Origin: the human T2T-CHM13v2.0 reference genome, Homo sapiens
DNA length: 64,000 bases
NCBI RefSeq assembly: GCF_009914755.1
Contig: NC_060936.1
Direction: 5' to 3' (one strand)
The notes below the pieces were generated by a model. The model saw only the letters and a program-made list of their open reading frames with translations. It was not told the DNA's origin and searched no databases. This document shows positions 1-14,550 of the stretch, one piece after another. A program made the translations under genes and the position numbers. Each line of letters starts with the position of its first letter. Positions within the stretch are counted from its first letter, which is position 1.

Positions 1-405
1 CCATGTCAGTTGATGTTGTGCTAGGCCATATGATTTTCTGTGACCAATGTAATAGTAGTGGATAGGAACTAAGTAGAGGTTTCAAATGTGTATCTGCTAT
101 TTTATTTTATTTTATTTTATTTTTTTACTTAAAGACTAGTGTGATAGTAATGCTTGGTTCTTATACTCTGTCATCTGCCTTGAGAAGCACATATGCTAGG
201 AACCTGCTGATCCAAGGTGGATGTGGAGAGATCTGAGCAGAGTTGAACTCAATACAAAGCTTAGAGCAAGCCCAACCAACCCCATAGCCTAACGTGTAAC
301 TGGCCCAGTCAAACTGTGGACCTATGAGCAAGAAAAAAATAAATGCCTGTTGTAATTTGGGAATGTTTATTTTGCAGCATTATCAGACAATAGCTGATTG
401 ATATA
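1..405 (+). mobile_element. Old MaLR LTR (MLT1 family), 5' end truncated by window edge
   Basis: Ends in MLT1-type 3' terminus AATAAATGCCTGTTG...GCAGCATT...CAATAGCTGATTGATATA. Confidence 0.55.
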
Positions 406-476
406 ACTCAATTCCTAGAAATTTAATAAAACCATCTTCTGGATTTTTCTTTTAAATTTCAGGAACCATTGTAATA

Positions 477-696
477 TGCTATTGTTTGGATGTTTGTTCC
501 CCAAAACCTCATTTTGAAATTTAATTCCCAATGTTGGTGGTGTAGCCTAATGGAAAATATTAGGGTCATCAGGGAGGATCCCTCATGAACGGCTTGCTGT
601 CATCCTGCAGGTAATCGGGGGATGTGAGTTATTTCTTAATTCCCATGAGAGCTGGTTGTTAAAAAAAAGTCTGGCACTTCCCTTAGCACTCTTGCT
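477..696 (+). mobile_element. MST (MSTB-like) MaLR LTR, 5' half
   Basis: TGCTATTGTTTGGATGTTTGTTCCCCAAAACCTCATTTTGAAATTTAATTCCCAATGTTGG...CCCTCATGAACGGCTTG matches the MST LTR 5' end. Confidence 0.8.
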
Positions 697-818
697 TGTA
701 TTGCTATAAAGGAATACCAGAGGCTGTGTAATGTATAAAGAAAAGAGGTTTATTTGGCTCATGGTTCTGCAAACTGTGCAAGAAAAACACCACTAGCTTC
801 TGCTCCTGCTCAGGACCT
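697..818 (-). mobile_element. MST LTR 3' segment in inverted orientation
   Basis: GTATTGCTATAAAGGAATACCAGAGGCTG...AAAGAAAAGAGGTTTATTTGGCTCATGGTTCTGC is the reverse complement of the MST 3' end. Confidence 0.8.
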
Positions 819-2787
819 TATTTTTGCATTCATTTCAAAACCAAGTACATTCCATTAAAAAGTTTTTAAATGAACTGAGCCTTTTATTTTGAATCCTATA
901 TCATGGCTTTTTTTTTTTACTGCTTTCTCAAAAATATAATTGAAGTGATTTATGTCATCTAGAGGAGTATTTTTTCTCCCTCAAGTCATGGATTGATATA
1001 GTTCATGGGAATAGTTACAGGGATTTATTGAGCAGAAATTTAAATAAACTTGATGTTGGACAAAATCAATACTGTCATACTGAGGAGCATTTTATCATGG
1101 TTGTTATCATACTTGTTTATATTATACTAAATAAAGTATATATATATATATTTAAATGCAGAATAAACTTACTCAGTGATTTCTGTTTCTTTATGCTAAT
1201 AACCTATTGATTATTTGGAATATTATCATGGGTTGATTTTTCTATTTATATAGAATGACATAACACATATAAATGCCCCCCACACACCATAAAAAACATT
1301 TGACTAATGAAAGTGCTAGAGAAGTTGGCTGTAGATGTAATATTTTTAAGGTCCTATCATGTTAAAAATATGCCATAAGGCATAGGAAAAGAAAGTCAGT
1401 ATTTAGGGAGAATGAAGGAACTCTATATGTTCCCAATACAATAAACAAAAAAGTAAATGAAATGTCCAATCCAAAACCCCTGTGCATTATTACTATGAGA
1501 ACCACTGAAAAATAGAGTCATATGTCTTTTCCACATTTAGTGCTTTGGTCAAATCTATTGTTTAATGACAGAATCATACCTTTTTCCCCTGTATTATGAA
1601 ATTACGCTCTTCTCTATTTCTCACTGCTAAGAGGAACAGGATTAGGTCAAGTGACCTCCCTGGTGGATAACTGGGATTCTGCCGATCACTGGAAAGATCT
1701 TATTTTATTCTTTGACTATCTATGTGGTGTGAGATGGGAATGATTACCAGCTGTTTTATTTTTTGTTTGTGTTATTCAGAAAATAGCATTCTCTACTTAA
1801 AGAACTTACAATTGGAAGTTGACTTAGCATCTTGTCTGTTTGAAAATTCTTCACAGATAGACACATATTAAAGATTTTTGGATTTTCAAAAAGCAGATTT
1901 TCACTTTAAACATTAATAAACTCAAGAAAGTCAAGCAGTTTGGGCACTTCATGAAGAAAAGTGGAACAGTATGTGTGTTTCTGGAATCAATGGGTTGCTG
2001 GATAGTAACTGTAAATCTTACACAAATGATCACATATTACTGAATAATAGCACCTTCCCCCATCTCTCCAACATAGGCATGATTAAAATGTTGATTATTT
2101 GTGAAGTTACGTTATCCATCTTTATTGGAAAATGAAAAGATACAGTAGCATGTCTAATCCTTTATTATCAAGATGCTCTTATGTTTTATATCTTCACAGA
2201 AATAGAGGTTGAGATCAATATTATATATTATTTGCTTTAAGAAGTGACATGTTGAATCAGCTTTCCTGCAGGCTTTCATTTATTCAGCCTTGAACTGATT
2301 ACCTTGTAAGATGTCAGGGTTGTCAAAAATGCTATTTAACATGAATTTTTTTTATAGAAATGAAGCAACTAAAATGCAAGATTATATTTCAGTGAGCTAA
2401 AAGTGACTATATCATATGAATATTCTGCAGCTTCTGAAACTTTGGGATTTTGTACTATCCAGTTCCCGAGGGATTCTTACTGCCTCAGGACCTGCTGAAA
2501 CAAAATATGCCTTTGATATTTAACTCTATGCTCTGTATGTGATCCACTCAAAAATAGACTGAAAGTCTTTTGTTTCTTAAAAAAGAGGTAAATATTGACT
2601 TTAGACAAGAACTTCAAGTCCTCATGGTCATTCTGCAGTGGATTGAAAAATTCTCTGTGAAAGAAAACTATTTTGTAAGCATTTTTGTAGAAAAATTAAA
2701 AAATGGATGTAGAAAGACATGCGATAAGAAAATCTAATACCATGGATTAAGAACTGAATTTCGTTTGTTTTAGATTTCCTCTAAGCC

Positions 2788-2972
2788 CATGATTGTTAAG
2801 CATAAATGTACATTGAATATCACTGGAATTGCTTGTTAAAACAGATTCCTTGACCCCGCTATCGAAAAGTCTAATTCATTAGGTCTGGAGTGGGGCCTGA
2901 TAATTTGCATTTTAACAAGCTCTCAGGTGATGGTGGTACTGCTTTTTTGAGAGCCTCCTTTGGGTACCACTG
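2788..2972. mobile_element. MER5A-like hAT-Charlie MITE
   Basis: CTTGTTAAAACAGATTCC...AGGTCTGGAGTGGGGCCTGATAATTTGCATTTTAACAAGCTCTCAGGTGAT...ACCACTG. Confidence 0.7.
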
Positions 2973-3152
2973 CCCTAAGTAGTAACTTTAGTGCCAACAC
3001 TTCTCTGTTAACTGGTAACTCTTATCTCAGAAAATGATAATGATGCCAAGAGTATTAATGGGAGAAAAGAACAAAACAGATTCGTTTATGCATAGGATAG
3101 CCGCATTAGCAGGATTTTTTTTGCCTTCATTTAACATTACTAATTTTTTTTA

Positions 3153-3197
3153 TTAATTGGTGCAAAAGTAACCGCATGAACTTTTGCATGAACTTGA
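3153..3197. mobile_element. Degenerate MADE1 (Hsmar1-derived MITE) with central deletion
   Basis: TTGGTGCAAAAGTAA...CCGCA...ACTTTTGCA: both mariner TIR arms are recognisable. Confidence 0.5.
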
Positions 3198-3507
3198 TAT
3201 TAAAAAACAACTAAATAGTCTTCCAGGGCTTGATTTGATTCCCCTTGTGTTGGAGAAAATATTGACATTCCTGTTGCTTTTAAGCAATAAATCTGTTAGG
3301 GTCTCAAGTTTTTATTACAATCAAGCCTTTGGGAGAGCCAGTGGAACAGATCTGAAGCTTTTTCATTAACTGATTTCAAATCTCTTATAATTTAGCAGTC
3401 AGAGGAGTTGATGTAATTTGCCATCACAAATCACTAGTAAATGCACCCTTGAGATTAAGAATCAAATTCCACAGATATCTGTAATATTTTAAAAGTCAGG
3501 ATGGTAG

Positions 3508-3628
3508 AGTGACTCACAACCTAGTTGAATGTTAAAATCACCTGGGTAACTTTAACAATACTGATCTGATGCCTGGACACCACCATTCAGACATTCAGAG
3601 TTAGTTAGTTTGGGCTTGCATCTTGACA
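3508..3628. mobile_element. MER5-family fragment
   Basis: AATCACCTGGG...AATACTGAT...GCCTGG...CAGACATTCAGAGTTAGTTAGTTTGGG. Confidence 0.4.
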
Positions 3629-3894
3629 TAGGGAGATGGATAGAGGATAATAGTTAAGGAGGGAGAGGTGCAGATATGAAGACAACTACCATTTCTTGAG
3701 ACCTACTTTCTTTATGTCAGGCACTACAGAGGGCATTCTAAAAATACTATCTCTAAGCCTCACATAAACTCAAAAGGTAACTTTAAAAAAAATCTAAGGA
3801 AAGAAGCTTGAAAAAAAGGATAAACTTTTCCATGGCAAGAGATTGTTAAGTAATGAGGGACTGGCCCCAGCATCCTTGCAAGGGTACTAGATGC

Positions 3895-4111
3895 TTCCAT
3901 TCCTTCTCTCTCTCTCTGTGTCTCTCTCTCTCCTTTTCTTCTTCCCTTCCTTCCCTCCCTCCTCCTTTCCTTCCTCTCTCTCCCTTTCTTCCTCCTCTCT
4001 CCTTTCCCTCCCTTCCTTTCCTCCTTCCCCTTCCTCCTCTTCTCCTCCTCCCTTTTCTTCTTTCTTCTTCCTCTTTTTTCTCCTCCTTCTCCTTCTCCTC
4101 CTTTATTCTTC
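3895..4111. repeat. Polypyrimidine (CT/CCT/CTT) low-complexity tract
   Basis: About 215 bp almost entirely C/T on the + strand. Confidence 0.95.
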
Positions 4112-4699
4112 CACAAATCTAAATACCTTGGGACAAGAGACAACCTCTAACAAATGTTGAAAGTCCCATGTAAGGAGGAATGTATCCTTCAAAATATACA
4201 CTTGATAAAGCTTTGCCTACACCACCTGGGTGTTGGACATGGGCAATTACAAATGTATCTAGAGACTGAGACACTAGCTGCATTTCCAAGTATATCTGAA
4301 ACTCATTGGCTTAGCCTTCAATGAAAAGGGCATTGGAAGATACATAGATAGTTTAGATTGAGAATTTGGCAACAATTATTACTGTAATTGTAGTTGAAAA
4401 CCATCTGTGATCTCATTACGTAGTTACAGGGACAAGATGAGGGTAAACCTCTGATACTAAGAATAAATGAACCATATCAGAGAGAACACCAGAAATTCTT
4501 TCTTCTCTGATGTTAAGGAACCCATGTAGAAATCAGTCTACTTAAAAACAGATAAATATAACCTGCTCCCATGTATATTAACAACACTTTAAAGCTAACA
4601 ATTACAAAGCTCTTTTAGATGTGTTTTATAATCTTATTTAATCTTCACAACATCTTTTTAGAGCAATGGGGAAAGAGAAAATAATGGTTTATATATTAA

Positions 4700-4865
4700 T
4701 AGATGTGTACAAAGTCTTTTGTACATATTTTTATGTAACCCTCACAGCTAGCCAAAAGTGTTATTTTTTTCTGTTTTATAAGAAAGGCTCAGAAAAGTGA
4801 AATAACTTGCACATAGTCATTGATTCAGTAACTACTGGAGACTGAGATCAAAACCTGAACCCAGT
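4700..4865 (-). mobile_element. MIR fragment
   Basis: TAACCCTCACAGC...GGCTCAGAAAAGTGAAATAACTTGCAC...GAACCCAG core. Confidence 0.55.
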
Positions 4866-5815
4866 ACAAGCAAAAAGTTGACTAAAATTACTACTCTCAC
4901 TCTCTTTAACAGTCATTTGTATTAAGCTGAAACACAGTTGAACCTCTGTATAGAAGCTGTTGTTTTACCTAAATGTATATATAAATAAGAAAATCAATAC
5001 AGGACATTCATTAACCTAAAATTATAAATAATAAATCCATTAAACTCAACTAAAATGAACACTGAGCTACTTTTCACATAAAGGGCTTTGAAGAATGTCA
5101 TAGGGTATAGTTATTATATTCTTGATATGCATTGGATTTCCGACCTAAAAATTTTTTTCTTCCTTTCAGTTCCAAAGTACATTCTTATTTAAACTTCAGC
5201 TACCCATCCAAATTGGTATTTAAAATAAGTGAATTTGTGCTCATTCACCTGGTGTCAATATTTGTAAATATAAAATCATTTTCAGATGAACTTCATTTAT
5301 TTTATTTCAAGTCAGTTTCTTGAAGGAGCCTTATGACATCATGAGGAAAGTCATTTCACAGTTTTATGTAGAAATATAGTTTTGTTTTTCTAGCATTGGT
5401 TAAGTTGAAGCTTTAGAATTGCGGGCACCACTGGATAAAATTGCTCCTGTAAACATGGGACACCTGGTGGATTACTTCAGCAAAATAGGGCCTTGTTGAA
5501 AAGTAATTGTGCCCATGAATTCTCACAAAACTAGGTTCATCATCTTTAGGTCTATATTAATCAGCTTTAGTGAGCTTTGAAGTTACTAAGAAAATGAGAC
5601 TTTTTTGTAAATAGGTTATATATTTTGTCTTTAAAGAAGAAAGATTCTAAATTTTAATTGAATGACTTAAAAGTAGATTAAGTTTTAATTTTTTCTCAGT
5701 GTTTTATTTATGTTTTCACATGGAATTGGGTCTATTTAGTTTCTTTTATCTCATCTGACGGATATCTCTTTCTTAAAGTAATGTGCATTCTCATTTGAAA
5801 CCAAGAACATGCTGA

Positions 5816-6160
<345 letters not shown>

Positions 6161-6344
6161 GTGTTTTTCAGTGCCTTCTCCGATAAGGAACCCGAGAGGC
6201 TTCCAGTCAACACTGGGGGCTGGGTTCAGTGAATTCAGTCATGCTGGTAGAGCCCACTATTTTTGTCCTAGTGGGCAAAAAAGGAAGCCTCTAGGGGCAA
6301 TGACTAAAGTGTTCTAAAACCCATCATGTTGCAGCAGTACAACT

Positions 6345-6500
6345 AAATAGAGTCCTCACATGGCACTGTGAGGTAGACTACTATCCCCTATTTAAAGATG
6401 AAGAAACTGAGGTCAAGTGAGGTTACAAGTTTAGAGTCAATAAGTGATAGGGCTGGGATTCTGAGTCACATCTGATGGACGTCACACCTGCCCTTCAAAA
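6345..6500 (-). mobile_element. MIR fragment
   Basis: CCTCACA...GTGAGGTAG...AGATGAAGAAACTGAGG...AGGGCTGGGATT. Confidence 0.65.
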
Positions 6501-7405
6501 CTTTCTCTCACCCTACTGTTATCTTTATTTGAAAAGGCCTTTGTGTGCATTTCTGGGCCCTGGCTATTCATATGATGAATATCTGGGATTTTTTTTTTTC
6601 CCATTAGAGAACATTTTCCAAAGATGCCCTTAGAAGGATGGTTTCATCACATTTTCTTTCCCCTCACCTTGGATGTTTGGAGGGGTTGATTTTTTTTTAA
6701 CAGAGGCTGTTTGAGATCAGCATTATTTGGTTACCTGCATGTTATTACGGTTCAAAACTTTTTAAACACTGAACAACTGAAGTTAATCATTTACTTATTT
6801 GTCCCTTGAACAAGTGTTGCCCATTCAGTTAGAAATAATGTGCTCAATATGGAAAAATTAACAGTTGCTGAGTCATCAAAGGAAATAATGCAATTTATGG
6901 ATATTCTTTTTTTATAATATTAGAGTTTGCTAAATAAATCAGTAATATATGAACACAATGGGAAGATGAATTAATAGTTACTTTGATTTAAGATTGAGGA
7001 TAATTGTATTTTCGGAGTATGGTATTTATGGAGGCTTTATATATAGGCCTAATCATTTAGACATCATAAACTTCTTTAAGCTCAAAAATTGCTGTATAAT
7101 TTCTAAGCTTTTTATAAGCAAATTCTAATTAGTTGTCCTTCTTAACCTGATGATCGATCGGGCTTATAAAAGAGTTACTAAATGTCACAACTGAAAGAAA
7201 AGAAGCAGTAGCTTTTATGAAAAAAGAGAATCTATCTTTGAATCAAGACTGAAACCTTAACTATATTCCATGTGTAATTGTGAAACTTAAATTATCTTAT
7301 CGTGCTTTGAGATCAATAAGATATATCATCCTTATTTGCTTAGTATATTCTTGCATGGTTCAAATGAAATACATAACATGCTTGCTACATAACTGTAGAT
7401 CTTAG

Positions 7406-7830
<425 letters not shown>

Positions 7831-8087
7831 AATGTGGCTTTCTTAGACTTGTCTACTCATGACTAGTCTAAGAATTAGACTATTTGTTTTTATTTTCACC
7901 TATATTTATCTCTAAAATATGTTAGAATCAAAAGAGTAAGTTTTGAAAAACATATTTATTGGTACTAATTTGGTCTCTTCGGTTCTAGTTTTTTTCATTG
8001 ACTTTTAAAGACTTAATTAAGAGTATGCTTATTTCATTGTTAAATACTATAGCTAGATCACAGGATAAGTAACACTCATCTCAAAGG

Positions 8088-8124
8088 GGTGTGTGTGTGT
8101 GTGTGTGTATGTGTACACACACAC
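8088..8124. repeat. (TG)n followed by (CA)n microsatellite
   Basis: GTGTGTGTGTGTGTGTGTGTATGTGTACACACACAC. Confidence 0.85.
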
Positions 8125-8327
8125 GAGTCATGCAGTACAACCAGTGAATTAAGGCACAGAGTCAAATACCATTTCGTTTATGTGACTGTTTGTTTTGTGT
8201 TTTTGAGAAGTGAATTGTATTTGAAATGCAAAGACAATACAGTAGATGGATAATTGAATGATATTTTAAATCTCCTTGAAAGTTTAATAATCATAACAAT
8301 TTTTTGTGTAATTAAAATATATTGTCA

Positions 8328-8656
<329 letters not shown>

Positions 8657-9224
8657 TTATAACATATATACACATATATTTATACATATATGTAGTCAGA
8701 TTGTTTAAACTGAAATCCAGCTATGAATGTGTAAAATATAAAGTGAAATATGTTTTTTCTCATTTAAGAAAACAAATGCATTAGTTGAATCTCTCTCTCC
8801 TCTTTCGGAATCCCAGGCATCACACTTATCTAGACATCTCACTTATCAGAATTATGTTTCACACAGTGATACTTACATAAAGGATATAATGCATTCCATC
8901 TCCGTCCTCTTTCATAGCAATCTCATGTGCCAGTTTGTCATGTTTCTTATCACATTCTCTGCCCCAAAATGGCAAAGTAGCTACATGGATGATGACTATA
9001 AAAATAGGCAGGACCACCTCCTTTTTTTTATATTGAACCTTTTTTTCTAGGTTTTAAGGTTCTTTATGTCATATAAAGGTCTCTAAAAACATCAACTTAT
9101 TTTCCCTGCCAAAGAGAAATGCCAAAGAAAAATTTGACTTTGATTCTCAATCTCAAAACTTAATATATTCATTTTTATAATTTATCATGAAGGATGCTGT
9201 CTGCTGAATTGGGACATCTTACAT

Positions 9225-9737
9225 TAATTATTATTATTATTATTATTATACTTTAAGTTTTAGGGTACATGTGCACAATGTGCAGGTTAGTTACATATGT
9301 ATACATGTGCCATGCTGGTGTGCTGCACCCATTAACTCGTCATTTAGCATTAGGTATATCTCCTAATGCTATCCCTCCCCCCTCCCCCCACCCCACAACA
9401 GTCCCCAGAGTGTGATGTTCCCCTTCCTATGTCTATGTGTTTTCATTGTTCAATTCCCATCTATGAGTGAGAACATGCAGTGTTTGGTTTTTTGTCCTTG
9501 CGATAGTTTACTGAGAATGACGATTTCCAATTTCATCCATGTCCCTACAAAGGACATGAACTCATCATTTTTTATGGCTGCATAGTATTCCATGGTGTAT
9601 ATGTGCCACATTTTCTTAATCCAGTCTATCATTGTTGGACATTTGGGTTGGTTCCAAGTCTTTGCTATTGTGAATAGTGCCGCAATAAACATACGTGTGC
9701 ATGTGTCTTTATAGCAGCATGATTTATAGTCCTTTGG
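9225..9737 (-). mobile_element. 5'-truncated young L1 (L1PA3-like) 3' end
   Basis: ORF 9450-9692 is the L1 ORF2p C-terminus (MFIAALFTIAKTWNQPKCP...); 3'UTR GTGTGCTGCACCCATTAACTCGTCATTTAGCATTAGG; G-rich tract; (TAA)n tail. Confidence 0.95.
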
Positions 9738-10614
9738 TTTGAGCCGTGGGGAACAACAGGCTTCTCTCCATCAGCTAACAAACACCTTGTAGGGGAGCTA
9801 AGCAGGGACAAAAGAAGTACAGGTCCACATTTCCTTCCTTATAATATGGAAATTCAAACTAAACATGCAGTGTCTGTGGCTCATTTGGTGACAAAAATTT
9901 GATCTTGACCTGAACTCACTTGTTAGGATAACCTGTTCTGAACTGGTTTAAGGCAATTTGTATCTTATCTATTCCACTTGGTGTGAATATTCACAATATT
10001 CAGTTTTTGCTGAAGAAATATGGATGTCTTTGATTATATGTTGTTATTCCAAACATGTATATACACACATATACACAAGTTTCTAAAAATTATAAAAAAT
10101 ACCTAGGTCCAAAACATATCTGGCCCTATGAGCTTTGGAAAAGTGGTTGTAAGGTCTCTATTAGATATTGTCCATGTCTTCAAGCCACTTGTAGTTTATT
10201 GAGATTCGTGACAGTAAACTCCACTCTCAAACAGAGAGTCAAAATAGTTATTGAAAGTCTAACAGTTGGCCGATATATACATATACATACATACGTACAC
10301 ACACATGCACGCACACACTATCCATGTTTTATATATATTATATATAGTATGGATTTTGTGGTACAGGAGAAAAGTAGTGTTAATGTAGAATAAGTCTAGT
10401 AATGTAAAATATTTCAGAGAGTAATAGAACTGGTTCTTTCTTTACTAAGTGTATTTGAATTTATTTCTTAATAAAATAAAGCAAAACCACAGCCAGTAAG
10501 AAAACCTCTGCATATATGCTGAAGGAAAATGTATATAAGGCAGTAAAATTTTCATGAGAGCCCTCCAACAAATGCATTTTTTTTCCTATGTAAAGGAAAG
10601 GTGTTTTGAAGATA

Positions 10615-10830
10615 GAGTTGTGTAATCAGTTTAGAGCAAAGAACTAAATAGAATTTATTGGCTTTCACTCTCGCCTTACTAGATCTGACTTTAGGCAAGT
10701 TACTTAAAATCTCTCACCCTGCTTTATTGTCTATGAAATATTAATAATAAAAGTAGCCGCCATAGAGAGCTGTTAGAGGATGACATGGGATAGTGCATGT
10801 ACTGGCGGGAGCCTGGCACAGAGGAGGTAG
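10615..10830 (+). mobile_element. MIR
   Basis: CCTTACTAGATCTGACTTTAGGCAAGTTACTTAA...CTATGAAAT...GCCTGGCACAGAG. Confidence 0.7.
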
Positions 10831-11548
10831 GCCGACTTCGCTCCTTATCTGGAAGCTGTTCCATCCAGGCCTAACAGATGATGTTTTTAGACTGTGGAAT
10901 TCCACATAATTAATTCTTAGCTATTCAGGATCATTATTTTCATTGCATATTAGATTTCCCTTTGCTGGGCTAAATTGTTCCATAATCTTTTAAGATTTCA
11001 TCTCTAATAACTAAAGTAGTTGTCTGGTGAAGAAGCCAACCTCAGCTGCTTTACGCTTTCAGTTTTATTAACCCGAAAGCCTCCAAGATGACTCTCATGA
11101 GACTTCCAGATTGAACCTTCAGAATTTTTCCAGAGAGTGGAGGAAACTGGAACTAAGTGGAATATGGCTATATAAATGTTCATCTGAGTGATTTTTGAGC
11201 TTTGAAAGAATATATACTTTATTATCCCTGATTTGTTTTTTAAAGTGTTTTATGAAACACTTGATGTGTTATTCATGGACTTAGAGGTGACTGAAACTTT
11301 TATAGCTGTTATTCATTCCAGGCATGAAGTGATCACACCTTTTGCCCTATTAGGATTGTACCACAGTAAGCAATAAGTTACAAAAACAGGGGATATATGG
11401 CAATGGGTGATATTCACAACTAGAAACTCCAACATATTTCTGCTAGATATAGTGAAGTCATACTAGTTTGAAGGAACTACTAATGTGACCAAGAATCTCT
11501 GCATGTGTTTAAATGGTTTATCTAAAAGGTAAGTGGAAGAGACGGTAG

Positions 11549-11898
11549 CAGGGCCTCATTATGACTTTCATGGACCCTAGACACTTCTAACTGCCTGGGC
11601 CTCTCCTTCCAATAGAAAGAGAAAGAGAATTATAAATTATAAAGGAGAAGCAGAGACAGAGAGAGTTACAAATTATATTCTGCCTTGGTATAAAGACTGG
11701 ATTCATTATTATATATTCATTATTTTATATATACTATTCCTTGTATGTTGAGGCTGGATTCATTATTATATATTCATTATCATTATATTTTTTCATTTCT
11801 AATTTAAAGACAAATTAGAACATTTTTGAACCTCTAAATGTAACATGTACCCTAGGCACTGTGCCTTCTGTGCCTGCCTAATGTGTAAGTCGGTCCCG
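11549..11898 (-). mobile_element. ORSL-like hAT-Tip100 non-autonomous DNA transposon
   Basis: Ends CAGGGCCTCATTATGACTTTCATGGACCCTAGACACT and CCCTAGGCACTGTGCCT..CCTAATGTGTAAGTCGGTCCC; degenerate 8-bp TSD GACGGTAG/GATACTAG. Confidence 0.75.
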
Positions 11899-12691
11899 GA
11901 TACTAGGAGAAGTTTGCTAATCCTTTCTCTTAAAAGCCAGTTATGGTCAGATTCTGCCATATTCTGGGAACAAAGAGAGGGCACCACTGCAATCCCTGGA
12001 TTTCTACAGGAGTGTCTTTCAGGCATAGAGTAGAGGCTTGGCTCATCCAACTACTGATTTCTTCAACAGAGAAAAAGAAAACTCAGCTTCAATATAGGCT
12101 GATAGATCCTGTCTTGACTTCCAACACAACTTAATTTCTGTCTGCCACTATCCTAGGCTATTGGATCTCCTGACTAGCAAAATAAAAATAAAAGAACTTA
12201 AAATTATTTCATTCTCCTTTCATTTGTGCTAGAAATATTTTGAAATAGATACATAAGTTTTTTGGAAGAACCTATCTCAATACTCAGTATTGAAAATGCA
12301 CAGACTGTCCTCCGTGATCATGAGCAAACAGAAGAACACTTACTTTGGTTCAAAAGATAGTAATATTTAAAATAAGACAGTATAGATTTATACATTGTTT
12401 ACTACAACACACGATAAAGGATTTTTGAATTTATTATGCTGGTATCGAAAATAAACCAAGGACATGCTTTTCCAATTAAGGTAGAATAAGAATCATGGAT
12501 GAGAAAATACTCTGAAACAATGAGAGATTGTGTGGAATGAAAAGCACTATCGCTACATTTAAAACCTGAAAGAAAATAGAGATCATTGATGGAATTTTAC
12601 CAAATCAGCCATGTAGATGACAAGTTCAGGAAATTCTCCTGGAACTCAGAAAAATATAAAGAGACCAAAATTACAAAAGACAAATGACATG

Positions 12692-13543
<852 letters not shown>

Positions 13544-13979
13544 CAAGGAGGCCAGAACTCTGAGATTACATAGGCGTTTAGTAGGCATTCAATTAAAAAA
13601 AAAAACAGCAAACAAGAGAAGCAATAATTTAAAATAGTGAGGAAAAAAATGTTTCATGAGTTCAAGGAAGTCTTGAGTCAGCATTTGTGTAGTAATAACT
13701 GATGAGAAGACATCAATACACAGGTATGGTAAAATATCTAACATTTCAAGAAAAATAAAACCTTTGTTTAATGACTAGGGAGGGGGAAAGAATGTGGCAA
13801 ACAGAAGAAAATAAATTTTACCCACTCCAGAATTAGAATATAACTATTCTTTATTATTGCTGATGTGGTAAAAAGTAACACAAATATTAAAATATTTTAG
13901 GAAAATTAACATGTTAAAACAATTCAGAAACTATGTTCTGGTTTAAAATAGTACATATGAAGAAATTTGATAAAAAGGA

Positions 13980-14357
13980 TGTATTAGTTCATTCTCACAC
14001 TACTATGAAGAAGTACCACACACTGGGTAATTTATAAAGGAAAGAGGTTTCATTGACTCACAGTTCTGCGTGGCTGGCAAGACCTCAGGAAACTTACAAT
14101 CATTGTGGAAGACAAAGGAGAAGCAGGCACCTTCTTCACAGGGTGGCAGGATGGACTGAGTGCAAGCAGGGGAAATGCCAGGTGCTTATACAACCATCAG
14201 ATCTCCTGAGACTCACTCACTATCCCCAGAAAAGTGTGGGGGAAACCACCACCATGATCCGATTACCTCCACCTGTTCCCACCCTTGACACATGGGGATT
14301 ATAGGGATTACAATTGGAAGTGAGATTTGGGTGGGGAGGCAGAGCCAAACCATGTTA
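13980..14357 (-). mobile_element. THE1D-like MaLR solo LTR
   Basis: TGTATTAGTTCATTCTCACACT...GCAAGCAGGGGAAATGCCAG...GAGCCAAACCATGTTA; TSD AAGGA/AGGGA. Confidence 0.9.
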
Positions 14358-14550
14358 AGGGATAATTCAACAATTCTTTTCTTTTTATATTAATAATATC
14401 AATAAAAGATGTGAAATTTATTTCAAGTTTTAAAAAACTCTGTTGGAATAGAAATAGAATGTTTGCCTTCAAAATCAGTAGACAAACTAATAAAGGAAAA
14501 TGAATTAAAATAAGTTAGCCATCACAATTTTCATAATGTATATTTTCTCT

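Noticed and set aside
3760-4160. R/E/K/G-rich and S/P/L/F-rich ORFs (127, 89 and 89 aa)
   Set aside because: Artefacts of the low-complexity polypyrimidine tract.
9450-9692. 80-aa ORF
   Set aside because: C-terminal fragment of L1 ORF2p in a 5'-truncated element, not a gene.
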